From IMG/VR virus record IMGVR_UViG_3300042350_004191, positions 124,001 to 188,000 of that record: 64,000 nucleotides of DNA; one strand, given 5' to 3'. The notes beneath the pieces are model-generated. The model was given only the letters and a program-made list of their open reading frames with translations, did no database searches and was not told the origin of the DNA. Made by a program: the position numbers and the translations under genes. Shown piece after piece: positions 19,040 to 28,462 of the stretch (the stretch's first letter is position 1; the number at the start of each line of letters is the position of its first letter).

Positions 19040-19707
19040 ATATATACAATTTTATCGAAAGTAATATAAACAAAAATTCAATTTTTTTTGAAATAGGATC
19101 TCATTTTGGTTCGGATACTCAAAAATTTTCTAAAATAACAAACAAATTACATTGTTTTGAACCAGATCCTAGAAATATAAAAATTTTTAAACATTTGAAT
19201 TCAAATGTACAATTAAACGAGTTTGCAATTTCTGATAAAGACGGTGTATCACAATTTTTTCTTTCTAGTGGCAATGTGTACGAATCAATGTATGGACCTA
19301 CAGAAAATGAATTAATAAACCAAAACGATTGGTCAGCCTCTTCGTCATTAATTTCTCCTAAAAATCATTTTAAAAAAACACCATGGGTTAAATTTGATAA
19401 TACTATAGAAGTCAAAACAAAACGCCTAGATACATATTGTATAGAAAACGATATTAACAATATAGATTTTCTTTGGATGGACGTTCAAGGAGCAGAACTA
19501 AGCGTTATAAAAAGTATGGGAGCCTTCAAAGATAAAATACATTACATTTATACAGAATACAGCAATGAAGAATTGTATGAAAACCAAGGAACTAAAGAAC
19601 AAATTATAGAATTATTGGGCAATTCTTGGAAAGTTTTGTGTGATTTTGGAGGCGATATTTTATTAGAAAACCAAAATTATGATATCAATTACAATACCAG
19701 CATATGA
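19036..19707 (+). CDS. FkbM-family methyltransferase
   Basis: FEIGSHFG, FEPDPRN, AISD, TKRLD, IDFLWMDVQGAEL, IYTE. Confidence 0.88.
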   Translation: MNIYNFIESNINKNSIFFEIGSHFGSDTQKFSKITNKLHCFEPDPRNIKIFKHLNSNVQLNEFAISDKDGVSQFFLSSGNVYESMYGPTENELINQNDWSASSSLISPKNHFKKTPWVKFDNTIEVKTKRLDTYCIENDINNIDFLWMDVQGAELSVIKSMGAFKDKIHYIYTEYSNEELYENQGTKEQIIELLGNSWKVLCDFGGDILLENQNYDINYNTSI

Positions 19708-20350
19708 AATGTGTGGAGTTGGTAGTTCTTTTTTAGAAAAAAATTTACAATTTTTAAGAGATCAAACTTTTAAAAATTTTGAAGTAGTTATATCAGATCA
19801 TAGTATTTCCGATGATATAAAAAATGTTTGTTCTTTATTTAAAGACTTGGACATAAAATATATTAGAAATGAAAAAGATCGTGGAAGTTCTTCGGCTAAT
19901 TTAAACAATGCAATACTTAATTCAAAATATGATATTATTAAATTTTTAATGCAAGACGAATATATTTTTGAGAAAAATACTCTGTTGGATATTAAAAATG
20001 CTTTTCAAAGTGAAAATGTTAATTGGGTTGCTGTAGGTTTTTATAATGGAAATATAGAAGACAAAAGAATACCTTATTATAATGATGCAGTTATATATGG
20101 AAACAATACAATCGGAAGTCCTAGTATTGTTTCCATAAGAAAAACCAAAGATTTAGAGTTATTTAATCCTGAATTGATATGGTTAATGGATTGTGATTAT
20201 TATAAGAGAATTTACAATAAATGGGGTCATCCATTTATTGTAAAAGATTATAAAATTTTCATAAATCACCACCAAAATCAAGTTACTAATATTATAGATA
20301 ATATAAGAAAAGAAAAAGAACATGTTTTTTTAAAAACAATATATAAATAA
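19679..20350 (+). CDS. GT2-family glycosyltransferase
   Basis: ISITIPAYE, QTFKNFEVVISDHS, NLNNAI, FLMQDE, IGSPS, LMDCDYY. Confidence 0.85.
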   Translation: MISITIPAYEMCGVGSSFLEKNLQFLRDQTFKNFEVVISDHSISDDIKNVCSLFKDLDIKYIRNEKDRGSSSANLNNAILNSKYDIIKFLMQDEYIFEKNTLLDIKNAFQSENVNWVAVGFYNGNIEDKRIPYYNDAVIYGNNTIGSPSIVSIRKTKDLELFNPELIWLMDCDYYKRIYNKWGHPFIVKDYKIFINHHQNQVTNIIDNIRKEKEHVFLKTIYK

Positions 20351-20355
20351 GCGAT

Positions 20356-20952
20356 ATGACAAGAACACAGATAATAAACGGATTAATTAAAAAAAATAAC
20401 TATAAAAGTTATTTAGAGATCGGTGTTAATACACCTGAACAACCTGGATATAACTGGTCCAGTGTACAAATAGATTTAAAACACGGTGTTGATCCATTTG
20501 TAGACACGACATTTAAAACTACATCTGATGATTTTTTTAAAAATTACATAAATCAAAAATATGATATTATTTTTGTAGATGGGTTACATTTGTTTGAACA
20601 AGCATATAAAGATATAATAAATTCTTTAAATAATTTAAACGAAAATGGGACTATTGTAGTTCATGACTGTAATCCAATTACTGAAATAACACAACGAAGG
20701 ATCAGGGAATCGAATGAATGGCATGGTGATGTTTGGAAAGCTATTTTAAAGTTAAGATTAGAAAATCCCGATGTTGATATTTCCACAGTAAATGCTGATG
20801 AGGGGTGTGCTATCATTAAAAAAGGTCAACAAACACTATTAGAAGTATCGGAAAATATAGCTGAAGTCTATGATTATTCTTTTTTAGAAAAAAATAGAAA
20901 TAAAATATTAAATTTGATATCTACTGATGAATTTATAAAAAAATATCTTTAA
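20356..20952 (+). CDS. Class I SAM-dependent methyltransferase (Methyltransf_24-like)
   Basis: YLEIGV, GVDP, TSDDFF, YDIIFVDGLH, GTIVVHDCNP, WHGDVWK. Confidence 0.85.
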   Translation: MTRTQIINGLIKKNNYKSYLEIGVNTPEQPGYNWSSVQIDLKHGVDPFVDTTFKTTSDDFFKNYINQKYDIIFVDGLHLFEQAYKDIINSLNNLNENGTIVVHDCNPITEITQRRIRESNEWHGDVWKAILKLRLENPDVDISTVNADEGCAIIKKGQQTLLEVSENIAEVYDYSFLEKNRNKILNLISTDEFIKKYL

Positions 20953-20985
20953 TTTTTTAAAAAATCTGATATAATAATTTGTTTA

Positions 20986-22785
20986 ATGAAAAAAATTCAA
21001 TTTAAACACCTTTTTATACAAAATTTTTTATCTGTAGGTGAAGAAAAATTGCATATTAATTTTGATAGTGGTGTTAATTTCATAACAGGTATAAACAAGG
21101 ATAAAAACAGCAAAAATGGGTGCGGTAAAACTACTATTTTAGATGCTTTATATTGGTGTATATTTGGAAATACTATAAGAGACATTAAAAAAGATAAAAT
21201 TATTCATAATCACTCAGATGTTAGATGTAAAGTTGTATTAGAATTTGATCTTATTAATAATAATACCGAATCTTATAAAATAGAAAGAACTATTAATCCT
21301 AGTAAAGTCCATTTATACAAAAAACAAGAGGATACAACATATTCTACTATACAAAAAACAGATGAAGCTATTAAAAATTTATTAGGAGCTAATGAGGAAC
21401 TGTTTAGAAATTCTGTAATAATGTCATTGGATAATACCTTACCTTTCATGGCACAAAAAAAGGTAGAAAAAAGAAAATTTATTGAAGGAATTCTTCAGAT
21501 TAATATTTTTAGTGAAATGTTATCTAAAGTTAGACAGGATTATAACGAATCTAAAAAAACTCATGAAATAAATACAAATACATTTATTGAAAAACAAAAA
21601 ATGTTAAAATTTTTAGAAGATCAAAAAGAAAAAAACGAACAGAATAAAAAAGAAAAAATAAAATCCATCAATAATAAAATTAAAGAAAACATAGAAAAAA
21701 TAAAAAACAATAAAACGGAAAATTTTGATGAAAAATTAAAAAAATTTAAAGATTCTTTAACTAAAACTGAAAATATTGCAAGTAAAATAGATGAAAAAGT
21801 TGAAAACTCAAGAAATTCCATTTTAGAAGAAACAAAGAAAGAGTCTAAAATTCAAGCGGAGATTGAAAGTTTAGAAAAACAAATCAAATCTTTGCAAAAT
21901 AAAACAGGAACATGTCCCACTTGTAAAAGAAAATTAATTGAAGAAGATGATAATTCTATAAATTCACATATCGAGAAGATAAAGATCGATATTAAAGAAA
22001 AAGAACAACAACACAACTCGATTCTTTCAGTTAAAAACAAAATTAATCTAGAAAAAAATACTTTTATATCAAAAAAAGATGAATTAGTAAAAATTATTAA
22101 AGAAATTAATTTAAAAATTACAGCTTTACAGACTTTATCAAAAGAATCACAAACATTAAAAGACAGAAATGAAGAATTGTTGGTTGAAATAGAAAATATT
22201 AAAAATCAAAAAGACGAAATTAGCGAAAAATATGAAGAAATTAAAAAAGAAATATTAAACTTAGAGAAAAATATAGAAGAACAAATTAAAAATTTAACAA
22301 TTTTAGAAAATTGTAAGTCTATTGTTTCTGAAGAGGGTGTTAAAACTTATATAGTCAAAAAACTTCTGGTTTTATTTAATAATAAATTAAATTTATATCT
22401 TAAAAAGTTAGAAGCACCATGTAATTGTATTTTTGATGAGTACTTTGATGAAATTATAACTAATGAATCAGGGAAAGAGTGTTCGTACTTTAACTTTAGT
22501 GGTGGAGAAAGGAAAAGAATAGACTTAGCCATACTCTTCACATTTCAAGACATTTTAAAATCACAAACAGGAATACATTATTCACTCAGTATGTACGATG
22601 AACTATTTGATTCTGCATTAGATGATGCTGGTTCTGCTAAAGTGTTGGAAATTTTAAAAGAAAATACAGAAAAACATCAAGAATCTGTTTATATTATATC
22701 TCATAGTTCTTCCATCAATAAAAATGATGTTAATAAAGTTATTGAATTAGAAAAAATTAACGGCCAAACCAAGATAGTTAATTGA
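20986..22785 (+). CDS. 46: Recombination endonuclease subunit gp46 (Rad50/SbcC-like ATPase)
   Basis: NFLSVG, NGCGKTT, coiled coil with CPTC zinc hook, FSGGE, YDELFD, ISH. Confidence 0.93.
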   Translation: MKKIQFKHLFIQNFLSVGEEKLHINFDSGVNFITGINKDKNSKNGCGKTTILDALYWCIFGNTIRDIKKDKIIHNHSDVRCKVVLEFDLINNNTESYKIERTINPSKVHLYKKQEDTTYSTIQKTDEAIKNLLGANEELFRNSVIMSLDNTLPFMAQKKVEKRKFIEGILQINIFSEMLSKVRQDYNESKKTHEINTNTFIEKQKMLKFLEDQKEKNEQNKKEKIKSINNKIKENIEKIKNNKTENFDEKLKKFKDSLTKTENIASKIDEKVENSRNSILEETKKESKIQAEIESLEKQIKSLQNKTGTCPTCKRKLIEEDDNSINSHIEKIKIDIKEKEQQHNSILSVKNKINLEKNTFISKKDELVKIIKEINLKITALQTLSKESQTLKDRNEELLVEIENIKNQKDEISEKYEEIKKEILNLEKNIEEQIKNLTILENCKSIVSEEGVKTYIVKKLLVLFNNKLNLYLKKLEAPCNCIFDEYFDEIITNESGKECSYFNFSGGERKRIDLAILFTFQDILKSQTGIHYSLSMYDELFDSALDDAGSAKVLEILKENTEKHQESVYIISHSSSINKNDVNKVIELEKINGQTKIVN

Positions 22786-22809
22786 TTTTTAGTATTTTAG
22801 TGATATAAT
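22782..22809 (+). promoter_or_regulatory. Sigma70-type promoter
   Basis: TTGATT-16-TATAAT with TG extension, 11 nt before ATG 22821. Confidence 0.6.
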
Positions 22810-22820
22810 ATTATACAAAC

Positions 22821-24125
22821 ATGGCTTTAAAAATTAAACAAAACACCGAACAAAACGACAGAAAAACCGTTTATGAATTTTCATGTGTTAGAAGAGCTAT
22901 CCCATTCCCACCACTAGGAACAACTACTAATTTACTGAATTTTAATTATATTGCCTTAAATGCAATAAAAATACCGCCACCACTACCAGTAGAAATGCCT
23001 GAAACCTCATTACCGAGAGTTTTAAATTATTATGCAGACTATGGTGGTTGTGGTTTTTGGCGAATGATATGGCCTGAATTTCTTTTAAATTTCTATCAGA
23101 AGATGGTTTGTACTGGAATGACACAAATGGTCTTAGATACCCGTTTTTATTCCACTATAAGGGCTATAAGGTTCCAAAGACAAGCTACAGATCATCAAAT
23201 GATGTTTATTAAAGAGCTTAATAAGGTTAAGAAAGACCTTAACCTAAGATTATTGTATGAAGTAGATGATGTAGTCTTCAAAGAAGATATTCCAGAATAT
23301 AATCGTTGTAGAGATGCATTTAATGATGATAAAATTGTCAAAAATATTTTAGAAATCATAGAAATGATGGATGAAATGACAGTAACTTGTCAATTCATGA
23401 AAGATTATTATATCGAAAAAACTGGAAATAAAAAAATTACAGTTATTCCAAATTATGCCCCCAAATTTTGGCTGGATAGATTTTATAATCCTGAAAAACT
23501 AGAAGAGAATTTTGAAAAAAACAAAAAACGCCCAAGAATATTATATTCTGGTTCTGGAACTCATATAGATGTTCTTAATAGAACGGGTATGAAAGATGAT
23601 TTTAGTCATGTAATTGACCAAATTATAAAAGCTAGAAAGAAATTTAAGTTTGTTTGGAAGGGTTGTTATCCATTAGCACTAAGACCCTTCATTGATAGCG
23701 GTGAAATGGAATATGTTGATTGGTCGCCTTTACCTGATTACCCTAAAGGTTTGATGGATACAAATTGCAATGCAACTTTTGCACCTTTAATTGATAATAT
23801 TTTCAATAAATCAAAAAGTAACATTAAAATGGTTGAATCTGGTGCATTAGGTATGCCCGGTGCATATCAAAATTTATGCACTTATGAAATGGCCGAACAC
23901 AGATTTGATAAAGGTACAGATTTAATTGAAAAACTTGAATACATTACCTCTGATGTCGATAGATATATGAAAGAATCACAAAAAGCACGAAAATTCGCAG
24001 AAGGTCTTTGGTTAGAAGATCATATAAACGAATATGAGGGTCTATATTTGACTGCATGGGGTTCAAAAGAACGTAATGAGAAATATCCGAGCTTGATTTC
24101 TCTCAATAAAGATCAGATAATATAG
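22821..24125 (+). CDS. GT-B fold glycosyltransferase
   Basis: ADYGGCGFWRMIWP, FQRQ, YEVDD, VIPNY, YSGSGTH, APLIDNIFNKSKSNIKMVESGALG. Confidence 0.75.
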   Translation: MALKIKQNTEQNDRKTVYEFSCVRRAIPFPPLGTTTNLLNFNYIALNAIKIPPPLPVEMPETSLPRVLNYYADYGGCGFWRMIWPEFLLNFYQKMVCTGMTQMVLDTRFYSTIRAIRFQRQATDHQMMFIKELNKVKKDLNLRLLYEVDDVVFKEDIPEYNRCRDAFNDDKIVKNILEIIEMMDEMTVTCQFMKDYYIEKTGNKKITVIPNYAPKFWLDRFYNPEKLEENFEKNKKRPRILYSGSGTHIDVLNRTGMKDDFSHVIDQIIKARKKFKFVWKGCYPLALRPFIDSGEMEYVDWSPLPDYPKGLMDTNCNATFAPLIDNIFNKSKSNIKMVESGALGMPGAYQNLCTYEMAEHRFDKGTDLIEKLEYITSDVDRYMKESQKARKFAEGLWLEDHINEYEGLYLTAWGSKERNEKYPSLISLNKDQII

Positions 24126-24132
24126 GCCAATC

Positions 24133-26706
24133 ATGGCATATCGAAATATCGCATACGACAACAATAACTGTTGTATCCATCTCTGGACATGGGACGAGGA
24201 TGGACAGCGTGTTAAGTTAGAAACCTCCTATGAACCTAGTTTGTATGTAGAAAGCGCATCATCCAATGATGCTTTGTCGATATATAATACCAATTTAAAG
24301 AAAATATCGTTTAAAAACAATTATTACCGATCAAAGTATGTTAATGAAACTCCGATTAAGCGTATTTTCCAAAATTTATCTGTTGAACAAGATTTTTTGT
24401 TAAATACCTACCGTGACGATTTAAAAGATCCAGATTTTGGTAAACACCCACTAAAGATTTTTTTCTGGGACATAGAAACATATAGTCCAAACTCTTTTCC
24501 AGAACCCAGTAAAGCAGCAGATCCTATTAATCTGATTACACTTTATGACAGTTTATCCAAAAAATATTATAGTTGGGGATTGAAAGAATATGTTTCTGAT
24601 GATGAGAATGTAATTTATACACATTGTAAGAGTGAATATTATATAATAGAAAAGTTTTTAACATTTTGGCAACAAGATCCACCAGATATTATGTGTGGTT
24701 GGAATACAGAATCCTTCGACGTACCTTATTTGATCAATAGAATAAAAAATTTAAAAGGTGAAGACGAATATAAAAGACTTTCTCCTATAGAAAACGTCTA
24801 TTGTAGAGAAGGTGTTGTTATAAACAAGTACAACAAACCAATAGATAAATGGTACATCAGTGGAATTTCTAACCTCGACTACATGATCATCTATAAAGCC
24901 TTCTCCAGAGGAGATTCAGAATCATATAGCTTAAACTTTATAGCTGAAAAGGAACTTAAGGAAGGTAAAATTGATTTTGGTGGCAGTAATTTGGCTATGT
25001 TAGCAGATAAAGATTGGGATACCTTTGTAAAGTATAATATTCAAGATGTAAAACTTCTTGTAAAATTGGAAGACACCTTAAAATATTTGAAGCTAGTACG
25101 CAATTTATCATATAAGGGATTCATTCCTTTTGAAAAGGCTACAGGAAAAGTTTCGATGATTACTGGAGCGGTTGCACACGAAGCCTTGTTACAAGGCAAA
25201 ATGATCCCCACATTCAAAACGGACAACAACAAAACAGAATTTACAGGCGGTTATGTCCACGAACCTGAAAGAGGCATTCATAATGCATTAGTAAGCTATG
25301 ATGCTAATAGTCTATATCCAAATACGATTATATCCTTGAACATCTCACCAGAAACAAAGATTGGAAAGATTGTAAACAAAGAAGAAAATGTTTATTCCCT
25401 AAGATTAATAAACGGAAAAGTTGTAACTTTGGATAAGGATAAATTTGAAAAGCTTATACACAAAGAAAAATTATGTATATCAGACTATGATGTGTTATAT
25501 ACGCAAAAATTTAAAGGCGTAGTTCCGTGTTTGATTGATAAACTTTATAAAGAACGTGTTGATACCAAAAAAGAAATGCAAAAGTATCAAACAATCTTAA
25601 ACAAGGAAAAAGATTTTAAAGTAAAACAACAGATTGAAGAAAAAATACAAGACTTGGATACACAACAAAACGTTTATAAGCTTGTTTTAAATTCAATATA
25701 TGGAACCTTTGCTCAAAGATTTTCTCCTTTGTTTGATATTGACCATTCTGCGAGTGTAACATTAACGGGACAGTCAGTGGTTAAAAAAGCATCCGATATT
25801 GTTTATGAATATGCTGTTCAGAAAGGTTTTGTTGGTGACAAAAAAAATATTTATATATACGGTGATACTGACAGCATTTATATAACTATAAATCCTATAT
25901 TAAAAATAACGGGTAAACAGTTTTTAGTGGACAATAAAATAACCGACGAGGCTTCAAAGGTTGTTGATGAGATAGATAATAAATTAAATACAGATATAAT
26001 TGAATGGTCGAAACAGAAACACAATTCAATAGACCCAAGATTTGTTTTTAAACGTGAAACTATTTGTGACAAGGCACTTTTCTTGGAAAAGAAAATGTAC
26101 ATTCTTCATATTATTGATAAAGAAGGTTATAAACCAAAAGATCCATTTGTTTATAAAGGGATAGAACTAGCTCGTTCAACTTTATCCAAAGAAGTTAAAG
26201 ATCTTATTAAAAATGTTGTTGAGTCTGTTATTTTATCAGAAGATAAAACTGAAAGTGATAGAATTTTTTTCGATTCTTATAGCAGATTTAAAGATATGGA
26301 CGTAGTAACCATATCTAAACGAGCAAAAGTTTCTGATATAGAAAAATATCAAAGTAGAAGTGATGGCTTTAAAATCTATAAAGGAACGCCCATGCATGTT
26401 AAAGGATCGATTTATTACAACAATCTACTTAAAAAGTACAGTGTTGATCATTTGTATGAAAGAATAACAAACGGAACCAAAGTTAAGATTTTTTATGCAA
26501 ATAAAAACAAATATAATATACAAGTTTTTTCTTTTTTAGATGAAATGCCTGAAGAAATTATAAAAGATGTAGCACCGGATTACGATAAAATGTTTCAAAA
26601 GAACGTGTTTCCACCATTAGAAAGAATTTATAAATGTATTGGTTGGGATACACCTTCTCTTGTGCAAAACTATTGCACTGATTTAACTGAATTATTTAAA
26701 GATTAA
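24133..26706 (+). CDS. 43: Family B DNA polymerase gp43
   Basis: ExoI DIET, GWNTESFD, YNIQDV; polymerase YDANSLYP, KLVLNSIYG, YGDTDS. Confidence 0.96.
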   Translation: MAYRNIAYDNNNCCIHLWTWDEDGQRVKLETSYEPSLYVESASSNDALSIYNTNLKKISFKNNYYRSKYVNETPIKRIFQNLSVEQDFLLNTYRDDLKDPDFGKHPLKIFFWDIETYSPNSFPEPSKAADPINLITLYDSLSKKYYSWGLKEYVSDDENVIYTHCKSEYYIIEKFLTFWQQDPPDIMCGWNTESFDVPYLINRIKNLKGEDEYKRLSPIENVYCREGVVINKYNKPIDKWYISGISNLDYMIIYKAFSRGDSESYSLNFIAEKELKEGKIDFGGSNLAMLADKDWDTFVKYNIQDVKLLVKLEDTLKYLKLVRNLSYKGFIPFEKATGKVSMITGAVAHEALLQGKMIPTFKTDNNKTEFTGGYVHEPERGIHNALVSYDANSLYPNTIISLNISPETKIGKIVNKEENVYSLRLINGKVVTLDKDKFEKLIHKEKLCISDYDVLYTQKFKGVVPCLIDKLYKERVDTKKEMQKYQTILNKEKDFKVKQQIEEKIQDLDTQQNVYKLVLNSIYGTFAQRFSPLFDIDHSASVTLTGQSVVKKASDIVYEYAVQKGFVGDKKNIYIYGDTDSIYITINPILKITGKQFLVDNKITDEASKVVDEIDNKLNTDIIEWSKQKHNSIDPRFVFKRETICDKALFLEKKMYILHIIDKEGYKPKDPFVYKGIELARSTLSKEVKDLIKNVVESVILSEDKTESDRIFFDSYSRFKDMDVVTISKRAKVSDIEKYQSRSDGFKIYKGTPMHVKGSIYYNNLLKKYSVDHLYERITNGTKVKIFYANKNKYNIQVFSFLDEMPEEIIKDVAPDYDKMFQKNVFPPLERIYKCIGWDTPSLVQNYCTDLTELFKD

Positions 26707-26709
26707 TAC

Positions 26710-26737
26710 TTGAAAAAGAAATAGACTGTGATAATAT
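26710..26737 (+). promoter_or_regulatory. Sigma70-type promoter
   Basis: TTGAAA-16-TAATAT, 7 nt before ATG 26745. Confidence 0.6.
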
Positions 26738-26744
26738 ATTAAAT

Positions 26745-27152
26745 ATGAGCGATAAAAATAATAAATTAACCGTGTTTTTAGATTATGTTGGTAGAACAAT
26801 TATTGGAGAAATTGTTGAAGAAAATGATTCACAATTTAAAGTTAAAAATCCAGTTATTCTTTCTACTGTAGCAACTCCTGACAACAGAATGTCAATTCAA
26901 CTGTTTCCTTTGTTGTTCAGAGAATTCTTGGCTGACAAAGAAGCTGATGCTATTTTCCCTTTTAATAAGAGTTATATTACTCCTATTCATGATAATGAAA
27001 ATAAATTTATCTCTTTAGATTTTAGATTACAAGCACAATATTCTCAAATCTTTAATAAGAGTAATTTGTATGTTCCTACACAACAAACTCCTGATGCACC
27101 ACAACAAAACGCTGGAGCAGATGCTAATGTTGTTAAATTGTTCGATGAGTAA
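26745..27152 (+). CDS. Hypothetical protein, possible Sm/SH3-like beta barrel
   Basis: GRTIIGEIVE...FKVKNPVIL pattern; own promoter and terminator. Confidence 0.6.
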   Translation: MSDKNNKLTVFLDYVGRTIIGEIVEENDSQFKVKNPVILSTVATPDNRMSIQLFPLLFREFLADKEADAIFPFNKSYITPIHDNENKFISLDFRLQAQYSQIFNKSNLYVPTQQTPDAPQQNAGADANVVKLFDE

Positions 27153-27168
27153 ACAAAATTAAAACAAG

Positions 27169-27201
27169 AAAAGCCTGAATCGTAAAGATTCAGGCTTTTT
27201 T
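27169..27201 (+). terminator. Rho-independent terminator
   Basis: AAAAGCCTGAATC-gtaaa-GATTCAGGCTTTTTT hairpin with T tract. Confidence 0.85.
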
Positions 27202-27202
27202 A

Positions 27203-27230
27203 TTGCTTTTTTAAAAAAGTATGTTAGACT
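27203..27230 (+). promoter_or_regulatory. Sigma70-type promoter for uvsX
   Basis: TTGCTT-16-TAGACT with TG extension, 6 nt before ATG 27237. Confidence 0.6.
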
Positions 27231-27236
27231 AATTCT

Positions 27237-28379
27237 ATGGCTAAAAATAAAAAAGAAAATATAAACGATGAGACTCTTGCGATCATTGATGATGCATTTA
27301 AGGTATTGGATGATTTAAATCCTGATGCAGCCTATCTTAATGAAAATACATTATCTTCCGTAAAAGAATGGATTGATACAGGTTGTATGGCATTAAATGC
27401 TATTATTTCAGGCTCTTTATATGGTGGCGTTCCTATGGGGCGAATTACAGGCTTTGTTGGACCACAGGCATGTGGAAAAACTATGATTGTTAATAAAATC
27501 ATGGCAAATGCTCAAAAGAAAGGTATGCATATTGCATATTTTGATACAGAAAATGCATTAGATCCAGATACAGCAACTAATCTTGGTTGTGATACCAAAA
27601 AAATTAAACATTGTCCTATTGAAGTTATTGAAGATTGTAGAAATCAGATTGTTAAATTTTTAAAAAGCGTTATTGAACACAATCTTCATGGTAAGGTTGT
27701 TCTTGTGATCGATTCTTTGGGGAATTTGATCTCCGCGAGAGAAGCAAAAGTAATCGAAGATGGAAAAGATTCAGCAGATATGGGTGCAAGAGCAGTTTCT
27801 TTAAAGAGTATGCTTCGCGCAATCACACATACAGCAGCAAAAGCTAACGTTCCTGTTTTGTTTACTAATCATATATACGATAATCCTGGTGCAATGTACC
27901 CAACATTGGTAAAAAGCCAATCTGGAGGTTCTGGACCACTTTATATGAGTTCTGTCTTGGTTCAAATGGCAACTAAACAAGAAAGAGTTAGTAGATCAGA
28001 TAATAAGAACGCTAATGATGACAGTACTCCTCTATCAAAGGATGTGAACGGTTTAACAATTCGCGCATTAACAACTAAAAATCGTTTTATCCCACCATTT
28101 TTAGAGTGTGAAATGTATTTAAATTTCAAACAAGGCTTATCAAAGTATGCTGGTTTGCTTGAAATGGCAGAGGGTTATGGTGTAATAACCAAACAGGGTC
28201 ATAGATACGTCATAGGAGAAGATGTTTTAGGTTTCTATAAAGATTGGAGAGAAGACGAGACTGTTTGGGCTAAAGTTCTACCAGCATTAGAGAATAAATT
28301 AAAAGAACAATTGAAATTTAATAACGAATCTTTAAAGACTTTTACCCCAAAGTCTGAACAAGTGTTATTAAATGAGTAA
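27237..28379 (+). CDS. uvsX: UvsX RecA-like recombinase
   Basis: IDTGCMALNAIISG, GPQACGKT, FDTENA, VIDSLGNL, FTNHIY, SGGSG. Confidence 0.93.
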   Translation: MAKNKKENINDETLAIIDDAFKVLDDLNPDAAYLNENTLSSVKEWIDTGCMALNAIISGSLYGGVPMGRITGFVGPQACGKTMIVNKIMANAQKKGMHIAYFDTENALDPDTATNLGCDTKKIKHCPIEVIEDCRNQIVKFLKSVIEHNLHGKVVLVIDSLGNLISAREAKVIEDGKDSADMGARAVSLKSMLRAITHTAAKANVPVLFTNHIYDNPGAMYPTLVKSQSGGSGPLYMSSVLVQMATKQERVSRSDNKNANDDSTPLSKDVNGLTIRALTTKNRFIPPFLECEMYLNFKQGLSKYAGLLEMAEGYGVITKQGHRYVIGEDVLGFYKDWREDETVWAKVLPALENKLKEQLKFNNESLKTFTPKSEQVLLNE

Positions 28380-28396
28380 ATTGTTATTCATACAAC

Positions 28397-28426
28397 AAGG
28401 GGATAGGGCAACCTATCCCCTTTTTT
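28397..28426 (+). terminator. Rho-independent terminator
   Basis: AAGGGGATAGG-gcaa-CCTATCCCCTT plus T tract; GNRA loop. Confidence 0.88.
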
Positions 28427-28427
28427 A

Positions 28428-28456
28428 TTGACTTTATAGGTAAAAAAGGATAATAT
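28428..28456 (+). promoter_or_regulatory. Sigma70-type promoter for helicase
   Basis: TTGACT-17-TAATAT, 6 nt before ATG 28463. Confidence 0.7.
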
Positions 28457-28462
28457 TTCTAT

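Noticed and set aside
12998-20952. Host O-antigen locus misassembled into the contig
   Set aside because: Overlaps gp47 by translational coupling, has similar AT-rich composition, and lacks wzx/wzy or other bacterial membrane genes
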